NCBI GenBank assembly: GCA_016699205.1
Contig: CP064964.1
Location: forward strand, 1,050,255 to 1,082,254
Origin: Candidatus Saccharimonadota bacterium
GTDB lineage: Bacteria; Patescibacteriota; Patescibacteriia; 2-12-FULL-60-25
DNA: 32,000 nucleotides
Direction: 5' to 3'
The notes below the pieces were generated by a model that had not been told where the DNA came from, searched no databases, and saw only the letters and a program-made list of their open reading frames with translations. Of the stretch, positions 9,690 through 17,593 are shown in pieces; within the stretch, counting starts at the first letter, position 1; every line of letters starts with the position of its first letter. Both the position numbers and the translations under genes were made by a program.

Positions 9690-10775
9690 TTCAGCGGTGA
9701 GTGTTTGGAGGAGCGGATCTTCTGCGATTGGCGCTGGGGCTGGCATCAGGAGGTTGTGGATCTCTTCAATGGTTTTCCAGATGAGCGGGGCGACGATCGG
9801 TTCATTCCCGGTTGAGGCGATGTTGATGCCGAGGGAAATCTTGTAGGTGCGGACAGAGGCTGTTTTGCAGACGTCGCGCTTGAGGCGTGCGTTATAGGTG
9901 CAGGTTTCAACCGGTTCCTCGATGTTGCCTCCTACTTCCATGCGTTCCACGCGATTTTTGGTGACGTTTAAGTTTACGACCATGAAGAGTTTGCTGAGAT
10001 TTTTGCGGAGCTCGACGTATCGCTTGTTGATCGCCGTTACTTCCTCGCGATAGTATTTGTCGCGCTTCAAGGCTTTGATCTCGGCTTGCTGTACGGCGTT
10101 GATAAGGCTTGGGTTGATGCGGACGCGCAGACGGGTGATGTCATCGCCAGCGGCGTTCTTCATGCGCTTCTCGACGGCGATGACGCGGAAGATTGGAAGT
10201 TTGCGGATGGCGGCTTGGGCGGTGATTGATGCCGGGAGCTCGCCGGTGATGTTTTGGGAGGAAATGAGCGGGAGATTTTTCAAATCGTTTACGCCATTTG
10301 GAGCGTCCATCCCAACCCACGTGCCAATGATGGGAGCGATATCGACTTCAAAGTTGGACTTGAGGAAATCGACAACCATGGTCGGAACTTGGGCGAGGCG
10401 GAAGTAGAGTTTGTCGCCGGTCATTTGCCATTCGATCGACATTGGCTGATCAAGCGCGAAAGCGATTTCTGATCCGCTTTCTACGCCTTTCATCGAGAAG
10501 CGTTCAAGCGAGAGCCGACCTTCTCCATTCTGTTTGTCCAAAACGCGCGTGCCGAGCTTGATGGCGATTTGGCCCGTCATGCCGCTGCCAGGCTTTCCGA
10601 TCACGCGCTCGCCAATATCGAGCTTCATGTCCAAGTCGAGCTTGTAGCTGGTCATGGAATCCATGGCTTTGACGGCTTTGTCGAGAGATTGTTCAGGGGT
10701 GGCAGCGATTGCTGTCCATGGGAGGACAAGGGCGGTAAGACTCGCTGCGGCAAACCAACGCTTAAAGTGGATCAT
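9687..10775 (-). CDS. Secreted hypothetical protein (362 aa) with Sec signal peptide
   Basis: The N-terminus MIHFKRWFAAASLTALVLPWTAIA/ATPEQ has an n-h-c structure with an AxA site. The rest shows no recognisable motif. Confidence 0.7.
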   Translation of the reverse strand: MIHFKRWFAAASLTALVLPWTAIAATPEQSLDKAVKAMDSMTSYKLDLDMKLDIGERVIGKPGSGMTGQIAIKLGTRVLDKQNGEGRLSLERFSMKGVESGSEIAFALDQPMSIEWQMTGDKLYFRLAQVPTMVVDFLKSNFEVDIAPIIGTWVGMDAPNGVNDLKNLPLISSQNITGELPASITAQAAIRKLPIFRVIAVEKRMKNAAGDDITRLRVRINPSLINAVQQAEIKALKRDKYYREEVTAINKRYVELRKNLSKLFMVVNLNVTKNRVERMEVGGNIEEPVETCTYNARLKRDVCKTASVRTYKISLGINIASTGNEPIVAPLIWKTIEEIHNLLMPAPAPIAEDPLLQTLTAE

Positions 10776-10841
10776 ATGGCGGCAGTTTAACAGAGGGAAT
10801 CGCCTTTACCAAACAGCTCAGGGACGGTATTCTCATGCGGT

Positions 10842-11141
10842 ATGGCATTGACTCGAGACGAGATTACTCGCTTGGCAGAATTGTCCCGTTTGGCGCTCAC
10901 AGACGAGGAATTGAAGCGTATGGAGGAAACGATCGATCCGGTACTTGAGTATGTCGGACGATTATCCAAGATCGATACGACTGGTGTTCCTGAAACTGAA
11001 GGCGATGTTTTGGTGCGTTTGCGCGATGATGTTGTTGATGGCAGCTCGGAAGGCGAGCGTACGGCGATTCTTTCTAATTTTCCGGACAAGGCTGGCGATG
11101 TTTTGCGCGTGCCTGGTGTCTTTGAAAAACCAAAAGGCTAA
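10842..11141 (+). CDS. gatC: Asp/Glu-tRNA amidotransferase subunit C
   Basis: 99 aa. MALTRDEITRLAELSRLALTDEELKRMEETIDPVLEYV is the typical GatC N-terminus, and gatA follows directly. Confidence 0.9.
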   Translation: MALTRDEITRLAELSRLALTDEELKRMEETIDPVLEYVGRLSKIDTTGVPETEGDVLVRLRDDVVDGSSEGERTAILSNFPDKAGDVLRVPGVFEKPKG

Positions 11142-11143
11142 TT

Positions 11144-12571
11144 ATGGGACTTCTTCTTGAGCAGACGATTCGATCCGCTGCGGACGGTTTGGCGTCCAAG
11201 GCGTTTTCGTCGATGGAATTAACGAAGGCGTATCTCGCACAGATTCGCGGATTGGATTTGGGCGTGCATGCCTACTTGGACGTTTTTGAGGGTACAGCGA
11301 TGGATCAGGCGCATGCATCGGATGAGCGCCGCGCGGCAGGGAAATCGGCTGGCGTTTTGGATGGAATCCCGCTCGCGATCAAGGATAATATTTTGATACA
11401 AGATCAGCGCGCAACGGCCGGATCGCAAATCCTTGCCAATTATCGCGCCGCTTATGATGCGACGGTGATTACAAAATTGCGCGAGGCTGGGAGCGTATTT
11501 TTGGGCAAAACCAACATGGACGAGTTTGCCATGGGTTCATCGACTGAACGCTCTGCATTTGGTCCAACAAAGAATCCGCGCGACTTGGCCCGTGTTCCGG
11601 GAGGTTCGAGCGGCGGAAGTGCTGCAGCGGTTGCCGCTGATATGGCGATTGCTTCCCTTGGTTCTGATACGGGAGGATCGATTCGTCAGCCGGCTTCATT
11701 TTGCGGAATTGTCGGATTCAAGCCGAGCTATGGATCTGTTTCTCGCTCGGGATTGATGGCAATGGCTTCTTCACTCGACCAAATCGGGCCAATGACCAAG
11801 ACGGTTGAGGATGCTGCTGTGTTGTTTGAGACGATTCGCGGAACGGACAAACTGGATCAGACGACGGTTGATTTTGGTCAGATCAGCTATGAGACGCGAC
11901 AAGACATGAAGGGTATTCGCGTCGGGATTCCGCGTCAGGCTTGGGGTGAAGGGATGACGGCGGGTGTACGTCGTCAGACGGAAGAGGCTTTGGAAACGAT
12001 GAAGAAAGCCGGAGCCGAGCTGATTGAGATCGATTTGCCTTATGCGGATGAAGCGCTTGCTGTTTATTATGTCTTGATGCCGTGCGAGGTGTCGGCTAAT
12101 TTGTCGCGTTTTGACGGCATGCGTTACGGACAGCGCGAGACTCGTCCGACATTGATTGAAACGTATCTCAAGTCGCGTTCGGAAAATCTTGGTGAAGAAG
12201 TGCGACGCCGCATCATGCTTGGGACGTACGCTTTGTCGAAGGGTTATTATGATGCGTATTATCGACAAGCTCGAAAAGTGCAGACGCTGATCAGACGCGC
12301 TTATGCATCGGCTTTTGAACAGGTTGATGTGATTGTGACGCCGACGGCTCCATCCACGGCGTTTAAGCTGGGTGAGAAAATGTCTGATCCGCTGGCGATG
12401 TATTTGGAAGACGTATACACGGTTGGCGCAAACGTGGCAGGTCTTCCGGCGATTTCCGTACCTTGCGGAACGGATGAGGGCTTGCCGGTTGGATTGCAGT
12501 TTATCGGCAAGATGGGTGCGGACGGCGGATTGCTTTCAACGGCACGCGTGTTTGAGCATATTAATTTGTGA
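11144..12571 (+). CDS. gatA: Asp/Glu-tRNA amidotransferase subunit A (amidase signature family)
   Basis: 475 aa with the amidase signature GGSSGGSAAAVAADMAIASLGSDTGGSIRQPASFCG. Confidence 0.95.
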   Translation: MGLLLEQTIRSAADGLASKAFSSMELTKAYLAQIRGLDLGVHAYLDVFEGTAMDQAHASDERRAAGKSAGVLDGIPLAIKDNILIQDQRATAGSQILANYRAAYDATVITKLREAGSVFLGKTNMDEFAMGSSTERSAFGPTKNPRDLARVPGGSSGGSAAAVAADMAIASLGSDTGGSIRQPASFCGIVGFKPSYGSVSRSGLMAMASSLDQIGPMTKTVEDAAVLFETIRGTDKLDQTTVDFGQISYETRQDMKGIRVGIPRQAWGEGMTAGVRRQTEEALETMKKAGAELIEIDLPYADEALAVYYVLMPCEVSANLSRFDGMRYGQRETRPTLIETYLKSRSENLGEEVRRRIMLGTYALSKGYYDAYYRQARKVQTLIRRAYASAFEQVDVIVTPTAPSTAFKLGEKMSDPLAMYLEDVYTVGANVAGLPAISVPCGTDEGLPVGLQFIGKMGADGGLLSTARVFEHINL

Positions 12572-13068
12572 TGTTATTTCAATTCGTATTTGACGGTGGC
12601 AACCTCACTAATTCTGTTCTTCCGAGCGGAACTGTTAATTTTGGTTCGGTACTGGGTATTGTTTTGCTAATTATTGTTGTTGGCTTGGTCCTCGTTATCG
12701 GCATTGCAACGGCGTTTCGCGCGTTTACTCGACCCTCACTTGAGGGATTGGATCCAAAGCGTTTGACTGCTATGTGGGCGGAGATTGAGAAGACATCGGA
12801 TCATGGATTGATGGGAGCAAAGCTCGCTGTTGTCGAGGCGGATAAATTGCTCGACACGGTTTTGCGCAAACTGCACTTTCCGGGAGAGACGATGGGGGAG
12901 CGTCTCAAAACGGCTGCGTATAAATATCCAAATATTTCTAAAGTTTGGGGAGCGCATAAGCTACGCAATCAGCTCGTGCATGATGCAACGTTTGAGATCT
13001 CGATCCGTCAGGCCAAGTCGGCTGTCAGGGATTTTTATGCTGCGCTAAAAACACTAAATGTCTTTTAA
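12571..13068 (+). CDS. Membrane-anchored hypothetical protein with HEPN-like (DUF4145-type) C-terminal region
   Basis: The start (GTG 12568 or ATG 12571) overlaps the gatA stop. One TM helix (VLGIVLLIIVVGLVLVIGIATAF). The C-terminal helical region carries AHKLRNQLVHD, an Rx4H motif. Confidence 0.6.
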   Translation: MLFQFVFDGGNLTNSVLPSGTVNFGSVLGIVLLIIVVGLVLVIGIATAFRAFTRPSLEGLDPKRLTAMWAEIEKTSDHGLMGAKLAVVEADKLLDTVLRKLHFPGETMGERLKTAAYKYPNISKVWGAHKLRNQLVHDATFEISIRQAKSAVRDFYAALKTLNVF

Positions 13069-13140
13069 TGTCATTGCGAGTAGCAGCGAAGCAATCTTGA
13101 ATCGCAGGATTGCTTCGTCGTCGGACTCCTCGCAATGACA
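13069..13140. repeat. 72-nt nested perfect palindrome (12-bp outer stem, 10-bp inner stem)
   Basis: Outer arms are tgtcattgcgag (13069-13080) and ctcgcaatgaca (13129-13140). Inner arms are cgaagcaatc (13087-13096) and gattgcttcg (13108-13117), with an 11-nt loop. It fills the gap between ORF 12571-13068 and lgt. Confidence 0.8.
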
Positions 13141-13148
13141 ATGGATAT

Positions 13149-13924
13149 ATGATTCCCTATTTTGAACTGACTTCGTTTCCTATTCTTGGCGTGACATTCC
13201 AGACATGGGGAACGATTGTTGCCTTGGGGTATGCGCTTGGTACTTATGTTGCTTGGAGACGGGCTAAAGAGAAGGGTCTTGATCCTGAGCGGATTTTGGA
13301 TCTGGCTTTTGGATTTTCATCGGGGCGTTTTTAGGGGCGCGTATTTTTCATGTGGTGTTTTATGATCCGATGCATTATCTGGATCAGCCGCTTGATGCAT
13401 TGGATCCGCGTAAGCCTGGATTTGCGATGTTTGGCGGGCTGCTCGGTGCAGCCGGTGTATTTTTCTATTACTGCCGATCGCGCGCGATTAGTTGGATTGC
13501 GTATGCTGATACACTGGTTTGGGGATTGCCGTGGGGCTGCGGGGTCGGTCGCATTGGTTGCTTTTTGATTCATGATCATCCCGGGACGCTTACGCATTCG
13601 TTTCTGGGCGTAAAATATCCGGATGGCCAGACGCGTCATGATCACGGTTTGTATTTGTCGATTATCGGTTTTGTAACAGGCTTTTTGTTTCTTTGGTTGA
13701 ATCGCAAACAGCGACGTCCGGGTTTCTGGTTCGGTAGCTATATGGTGATCGAGGGTATTACGCGTTTTGGATTGGATTTTTGGCGTATTGTCGACAAGAC
13801 ATACTTGGGATTAACGCCAACGCAGTATGTGGCGATACCGATGATCGGGTTGGGCTTGTGGTTGATTCTTCGGAATACCTCACCCTCGGTCCCTCTCATT
13901 CGTAAGGAGAGGGAGGTCGTGTGA
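13149..13924 (+). CDS. lgt: Prolipoprotein diacylglyceryl transferase Lgt (apparent 1-nt frameshift in T-run 13307-13310)
   Basis: ORF 13110-13334 (real start MIPYFEL at 13149) and ORF 13352-13924 are the two halves of Lgt. The second frame is already open upstream and reads WIFIGAFLGARIFHVVFYDP. One extra T in cttttgg would give LDLAFWIFIGAFLGARIF. The GRIGCFL motif is present. Confidence 0.85.
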
Positions 13925-13936
13925 TAGAATGTCGGC

Positions 13937-14851
13937 ATGTTTGATTGCATCGTGATTGGTGGAGGACCGGCTGGAATGGCGGCGTCTGTCTATCTTGCGC
14001 GTCAAAAAATGAACTTTGCGATGTTCGCCGGAAATCTCGGCGGACAGGTGATTTGGTCGTCGGATGTCGAGAATTATTTAGGTATCCACCAGATTAGCGG
14101 TATCAAGCTGGTTGAGGCATTTGATAAACATTTGGAAGATTATCGTGAGGCGATGGAATTGCATGAGGGGGAGAAGGTAAAGCGCGTGACGAAAACCAAG
14201 GGCGGTTTTTCCGTTGAGACAGAGCGCGGCGCTTATCCGACAAGAACCGTTTTGATTGCGACCGGTGCCGATCATCGCAAGCTTGGCGTTCCAGGAGAGG
14301 ATGAATATACAATGAAAGGTATTTCGTATTGCGCGACATGCGATGCGCCTTTATTTGCCAACAAGGTCGTACATATTGTTGGTGGAGGGAATAGCGCTAT
14401 GGATGCAGCGTTGTTTGCCGCTAAGTACGCGAAAGAAGTTCACTTGGTAACGATCAATGCCGAGCTTATGGGCGATGAGGTTATGAAGCAGCGTTGTTTA
14501 TCGCAGGCTAATGTTCAGGTGCATGTTTCAACCAAGACGGTCGGATTTGCGGGTAAGGCGATGTTGGAATCAATTATTTTAGCTGGAGCTGATGGAAAAG
14601 AGCGGGAAGTGCCTACGGAAGGTGTTTTCATTGAAATTGGTCTTATGCCGCAGTCAGAGATGATCGACTTTGCGGCAAAGGATAAGTCGGGGCAGATTAT
14701 TATCGATTCCCACAACCGCACGAATGTTGACGGGGTTTGGGCGGCCGGAGATGTTACTTCCGTGGCCTTTAAACAGATCGCGGTTGCGGTCGGAGAGGGG
14801 TCAAAGGCGGCTCTTGATATCATTCGTTACCTTCAATCTACGCAGGCTTGA
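13937..14851 (+). CDS. trxB: Thioredoxin-reductase-like flavoprotein (CATC redox motif; NADPH-specifying HRRxxxR motif absent)
   Basis: IVIGGGPAGMAAS (FAD), SYCATCDAPLF (redox-active CxxC), VGGGNSAMDAALF, AAGDV. Where E. coli TrxR has HLIHRRDGFRA, this protein has HLVTINAELMG. Confidence 0.8.
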   Translation: MFDCIVIGGGPAGMAASVYLARQKMNFAMFAGNLGGQVIWSSDVENYLGIHQISGIKLVEAFDKHLEDYREAMELHEGEKVKRVTKTKGGFSVETERGAYPTRTVLIATGADHRKLGVPGEDEYTMKGISYCATCDAPLFANKVVHIVGGGNSAMDAALFAAKYAKEVHLVTINAELMGDEVMKQRCLSQANVQVHVSTKTVGFAGKAMLESIILAGADGKEREVPTEGVFIEIGLMPQSEMIDFAAKDKSGQIIIDSHNRTNVDGVWAAGDVTSVAFKQIAVAVGEGSKAALDIIRYLQSTQA

Positions 14852-14916
14852 CAATAGAGCTGAAATTCTATGGCTGGCGTTGCGTAGTAAGGGTTGTCAT
14901 GCCATTCTTTTAACCT

Positions 14917-15561
14917 ATGCAAGATGCTTCCAACAAGAATTTATTGATCGGTGTTGCTGTAGTTGCGGTGCTCGTTTTTGGAGGGTTGGTGTGGGCGATT
15001 ATGTCGGCTCCGACATCTGCCCCGCTAGCCAATGGTGAACTCATTTTTGATGACGTGAACGATCCGTTCATCGGACCTGAGAATGCTACGACGGTCGTCC
15101 GTCTGTACAGTGATTTCCAGTGTCCCGCGTGTCGAGCGGCCGAGGGTGGAGTCAATTACGCTATCGAAAAATACAAGGACAAGATCAAATTTGTCTGGAA
15201 AGATTTTCCTCTCATGACGATACACCCGAATGCGCGTCTTGCGGCCAATGCCGGACGATGCGCACAGGACCAAGGTAAGTTTTGGGAGATGAAGTCCAAG
15301 CTCTATGACGGACAGTCTAGCTGGGACTCGAGCCGCGACCCTTCAGCGGACTTTAGAGCTTACGCCTTACAGATCGGATTAAATGTCGATCAATTCAATA
15401 CCTGTCTTGATAGCCGGGCGAATGATGCAAAAGTCATGGCCGCTTACCAAGAAGGCGTACGGAACAATGTCGATCGGACGCCTACGACGTTTGTTGGCAC
15501 GGAACGCTTGTTTAGCCTGACGCCGACCGAATGGGATCAAGCACTTGCCAATAAGCCGTAA
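14917..15561 (+). CDS. Membrane-anchored DsbA-family thioredoxin-domain protein (CPAC)
   Basis: N-terminal TM helix (LLIGVAVVAVLVFGGLVWAIM), then YSDFQCPACR and the DsbA-like helical insert. The C-terminal part has the TPTTFV cis-Pro region. Confidence 0.8.
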   Translation: MQDASNKNLLIGVAVVAVLVFGGLVWAIMSAPTSAPLANGELIFDDVNDPFIGPENATTVVRLYSDFQCPACRAAEGGVNYAIEKYKDKIKFVWKDFPLMTIHPNARLAANAGRCAQDQGKFWEMKSKLYDGQSSWDSSRDPSADFRAYALQIGLNVDQFNTCLDSRANDAKVMAAYQEGVRNNVDRTPTTFVGTERLFSLTPTEWDQALANKP

Positions 15562-15606
15562 ATAGATAGACGGCCCCTTTCATAACTGCTATTCTTCTAC
15601 AAATTT

Positions 15607-16338
15607 ATGTCTCAAAACTTTTTTGACGGCGGTCCAAAAACAATGTTCTTTACCGGGCTTTTTCTCGGAATCGCCGTGTCGGCGGTTGTCGGGTTAGGGG
15701 TGACGTTGAATCTTGTCATGGGTGGTAACGCTTTAGCTGTCGGCGGTAATTCCGGTGCGTATGTTCCTCCGAGCGGAGCGCAGGCTCCGGCTGCTCAGGC
15801 TCCCGTCGCTGCTGGACCGTTGAAGCCAGTGAGTGCCAACGATCATCTTTTGGGGCCTAAGAACGCAAAGGTTACCTTGGTTGAGTACTCGGATTTCCAG
15901 TGTCCGTTCTGCTCACGTCATCTCCCGACAGTGAAACAAGCGCTGAAGGATTTTCCGAACGAAGTAAACTTGGTTTATCGCCACTACCCGCTTTCCTTTC
16001 ATCCGGAAGCTCAGAAGTCAGCTGAAGCTTCGGAATGTGCAGCTAAACTCGGCGGCAACGATGCTTTCTGGAAGATGCATGATGAATTGTTCACGAATCA
16101 AGCAACTCTTAGCCGATCTCTTTATACCGAGCTTGCCAAGAAAATTGGTTTGAACACGGTTAATTTTGACAAGTGTCTCGATGGAGGTGAAATGGCAGCC
16201 AAGGTCAATACGGATTTGCAAGATGGTACAACGGCAGGTGTTGAAGGTACGCCGGCAACCTTTGTTAACGGTCAGCTTATTTCTGGCGCTGTACCGTACA
16301 GCGAGTTGAAAGCTGCTATCCAGGCTGCTCTTAAATAA
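15607..16338 (+). CDS. Membrane-anchored DsbA-family thioredoxin-domain protein (CPFC), paralogue of 14917-15561
   Basis: N-terminal TM helix, an Ala/Pro-rich linker, YSDFQCPFCSRH, and the GTPATFVNG cis-Pro region. Confidence 0.8.
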   Translation: MSQNFFDGGPKTMFFTGLFLGIAVSAVVGLGVTLNLVMGGNALAVGGNSGAYVPPSGAQAPAAQAPVAAGPLKPVSANDHLLGPKNAKVTLVEYSDFQCPFCSRHLPTVKQALKDFPNEVNLVYRHYPLSFHPEAQKSAEASECAAKLGGNDAFWKMHDELFTNQATLSRSLYTELAKKIGLNTVNFDKCLDGGEMAAKVNTDLQDGTTAGVEGTPATFVNGQLISGAVPYSELKAAIQAALK

Positions 16339-16348
16339 GACCTCATAA

Positions 16349-16382
16349 TAAAAAAATTCCTCCGGCCGGAGGAATTTTTTTA
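16349..16382. terminator. Bidirectional Rho-independent terminator (perfect palindrome)
   Basis: aaaaaaattcctccgg/ccggaggaattttttt lies between the convergent DsbA-like and ZIP genes. Confidence 0.85.
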
Positions 16383-17159
16383 TTATTCGAGCCCTGCCGT
16401 GAGATACATGATGGCGAGACCGAGGAACATCGCCAGTGTTTGCCAGGCACGCGTGCTAAGTTTTGGCTCCTCTTTAATTTCTGCAAACAAGTTTGTGCAA
16501 GCCATGTAGATCATGAATCCGGCGGCAAGCGGGATCGTCCACGTTGTCAGACGTGTCACAAATCCGGCGGCAAACCATGTTCCGACAACGCCTGCAATCA
16601 TGGCCAAGGAAACCAGCAAGTTAAGCCAGAGCGCTTTCTTTTTGGAAAATCCAGAAGAAAGGAGTATGCCAAAATCGCCGAGCTCTTGTGGAATTTCGTG
16701 TAAACCGATCGCGACGGCGGTATTAAAGCCGAGCGTAGGATTCACAAGAAATGCCGACATGACGGTAATGCCGTCTGTAAAATTGTGTACGGCGTCTCCG
16801 ATGAGATTCAGATAGCCGACCGGTTTTGCGGGAGTGTGATCATGTTCGTGATCGTGTAGTTCACGGCCTGCGTGGCTGTGATAAATCCAGAGCATGGAAT
16901 CGAGGACAAAGAAGAGCAGGATGCCTGCTAATGCCCAAGTCAGTGCGTTAGGGGACGCTTCAATCGATTCAGGTAGGAGATGAAAGAACGCATTTCCGAG
17001 GAGCGCGCCGGCAGCAAAAGCGACAACAGCATGCTGAATAAACGCGGTCTGGCTCTTTTTCCACGCGAGACTGGCGTAACCCAGTAACGATAGAAGGCTC
17101 ATGATGATGGCGGCTGATAAAGCTGGTAGCAGGGTTTCCATATGTGGATAACCTAGCAT
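16383..17159 (-). CDS. zupT: ZIP-family divalent metal (zinc) transporter, ZupT-like
   Basis: Polytopic membrane protein with the His-rich loop HSHAGRELHDHEHDH and the ZIP signature GLHEIPQELGDFGILL. An alternative start is ATG 17141 (METLLPA). Confidence 0.85.
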   Translation of the reverse strand: MLGYPHMETLLPALSAAIIMSLLSLLGYASLAWKKSQTAFIQHAVVAFAAGALLGNAFFHLLPESIEASPNALTWALAGILLFFVLDSMLWIYHSHAGRELHDHEHDHTPAKPVGYLNLIGDAVHNFTDGITVMSAFLVNPTLGFNTAVAIGLHEIPQELGDFGILLSSGFSKKKALWLNLLVSLAMIAGVVGTWFAAGFVTRLTTWTIPLAAGFMIYMACTNLFAEIKEEPKLSTRAWQTLAMFLGLAIMYLTAGLE

Positions 17160-17165
17160 AGGTCC

Positions 17166-17194
17166 TTGACAAATGCAACTCTGTTGCGTTAAAT
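17166..17194 (+). promoter_or_regulatory. Promoter TTGACA-N17-TTAAAT with a GCAAC-N3-GTTGC dyad in the spacer (candidate Fur/Zur operator); -10 ends 6 nt before the fur ATG
   Basis: TTGACA at 17166-17171, TTAAAT at 17189-17194, ATG at 17201. The dyad aaatgcaactctgttgcgtta is centred near 17181 in the ZIP-fur divergent region. Confidence 0.5.
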
Positions 17195-17200
17195 AGGTTC

Positions 17201-17593
17201 ATGCAAGAACGCCAAACCAAGTCCAAGCTCGCCATACGGGAGGTCCTGTCAGCTTCTCAGAAGCCGATGGCGGCTATGGAATTGGTTGAGGCTTTAGGAG
17301 GGCGCGGTTTATCGGTTAATAAAACGACGGTTTATCGAGAGCTTGAGAAATTGCTTTTGAAAGGCGAGATTTCGGAGGTTGATTTTGCAGATGGTCAGAA
17401 GCGTTACGAGATGACGCATGGCGATCATCACCACCACGCGGTTTGTATGAGCTGTGAAGCGGTTGTCGAGCTTGAGATTGAGCCGCAATTGGAACAGATT
17501 CAGTCCTCGGTAGCCAAGCAGAGCGGGTTTCGTATTCAGAAGCATTTGGTTGAGTTTTTTGGGATGTGCGGATCCTGTTCTAAAACCGTATGA
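17201..17593 (+). CDS. Fur-family metalloregulator (probable Zur, by context)
   Basis: 130 aa. Winged-helix N-terminus (NKTTVYRELEKLLLKGEISEV), then HGDHHHHAVCMSCEAV and a C-terminal CGSC, which are the Fur-family metal sites. It is divergent from the ZIP transporter. Confidence 0.85.
   Translation: MQERQTKSKLAIREVLSASQKPMAAMELVEALGGRGLSVNKTTVYRELEKLLLKGEISEVDFADGQKRYEMTHGDHHHHAVCMSCEAVVELEIEPQLEQIQSSVAKQSGFRIQKHLVEFFGMCGSCSKTV

Noticed and set aside
11771-12268. 165-aa minus-strand ORF inside gatA, and similar antisense ORFs inside ligA (8339-8737) and ABC exporter 1 (24754-25371, 25450-26183)
   Set aside because: All are nested antisense within long, motif-bearing conserved genes. None has an independent promoter, SD or terminator.
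13110-13148. N-terminal extension MLRRRTPRNDNGY of the lgt ORF in the ORF track
   Set aside because: These codons are the right arm of the 72-nt palindrome and begin at a non-ATG start. The conserved Lgt N-terminus begins at MIPYFEL (ATG 13149).
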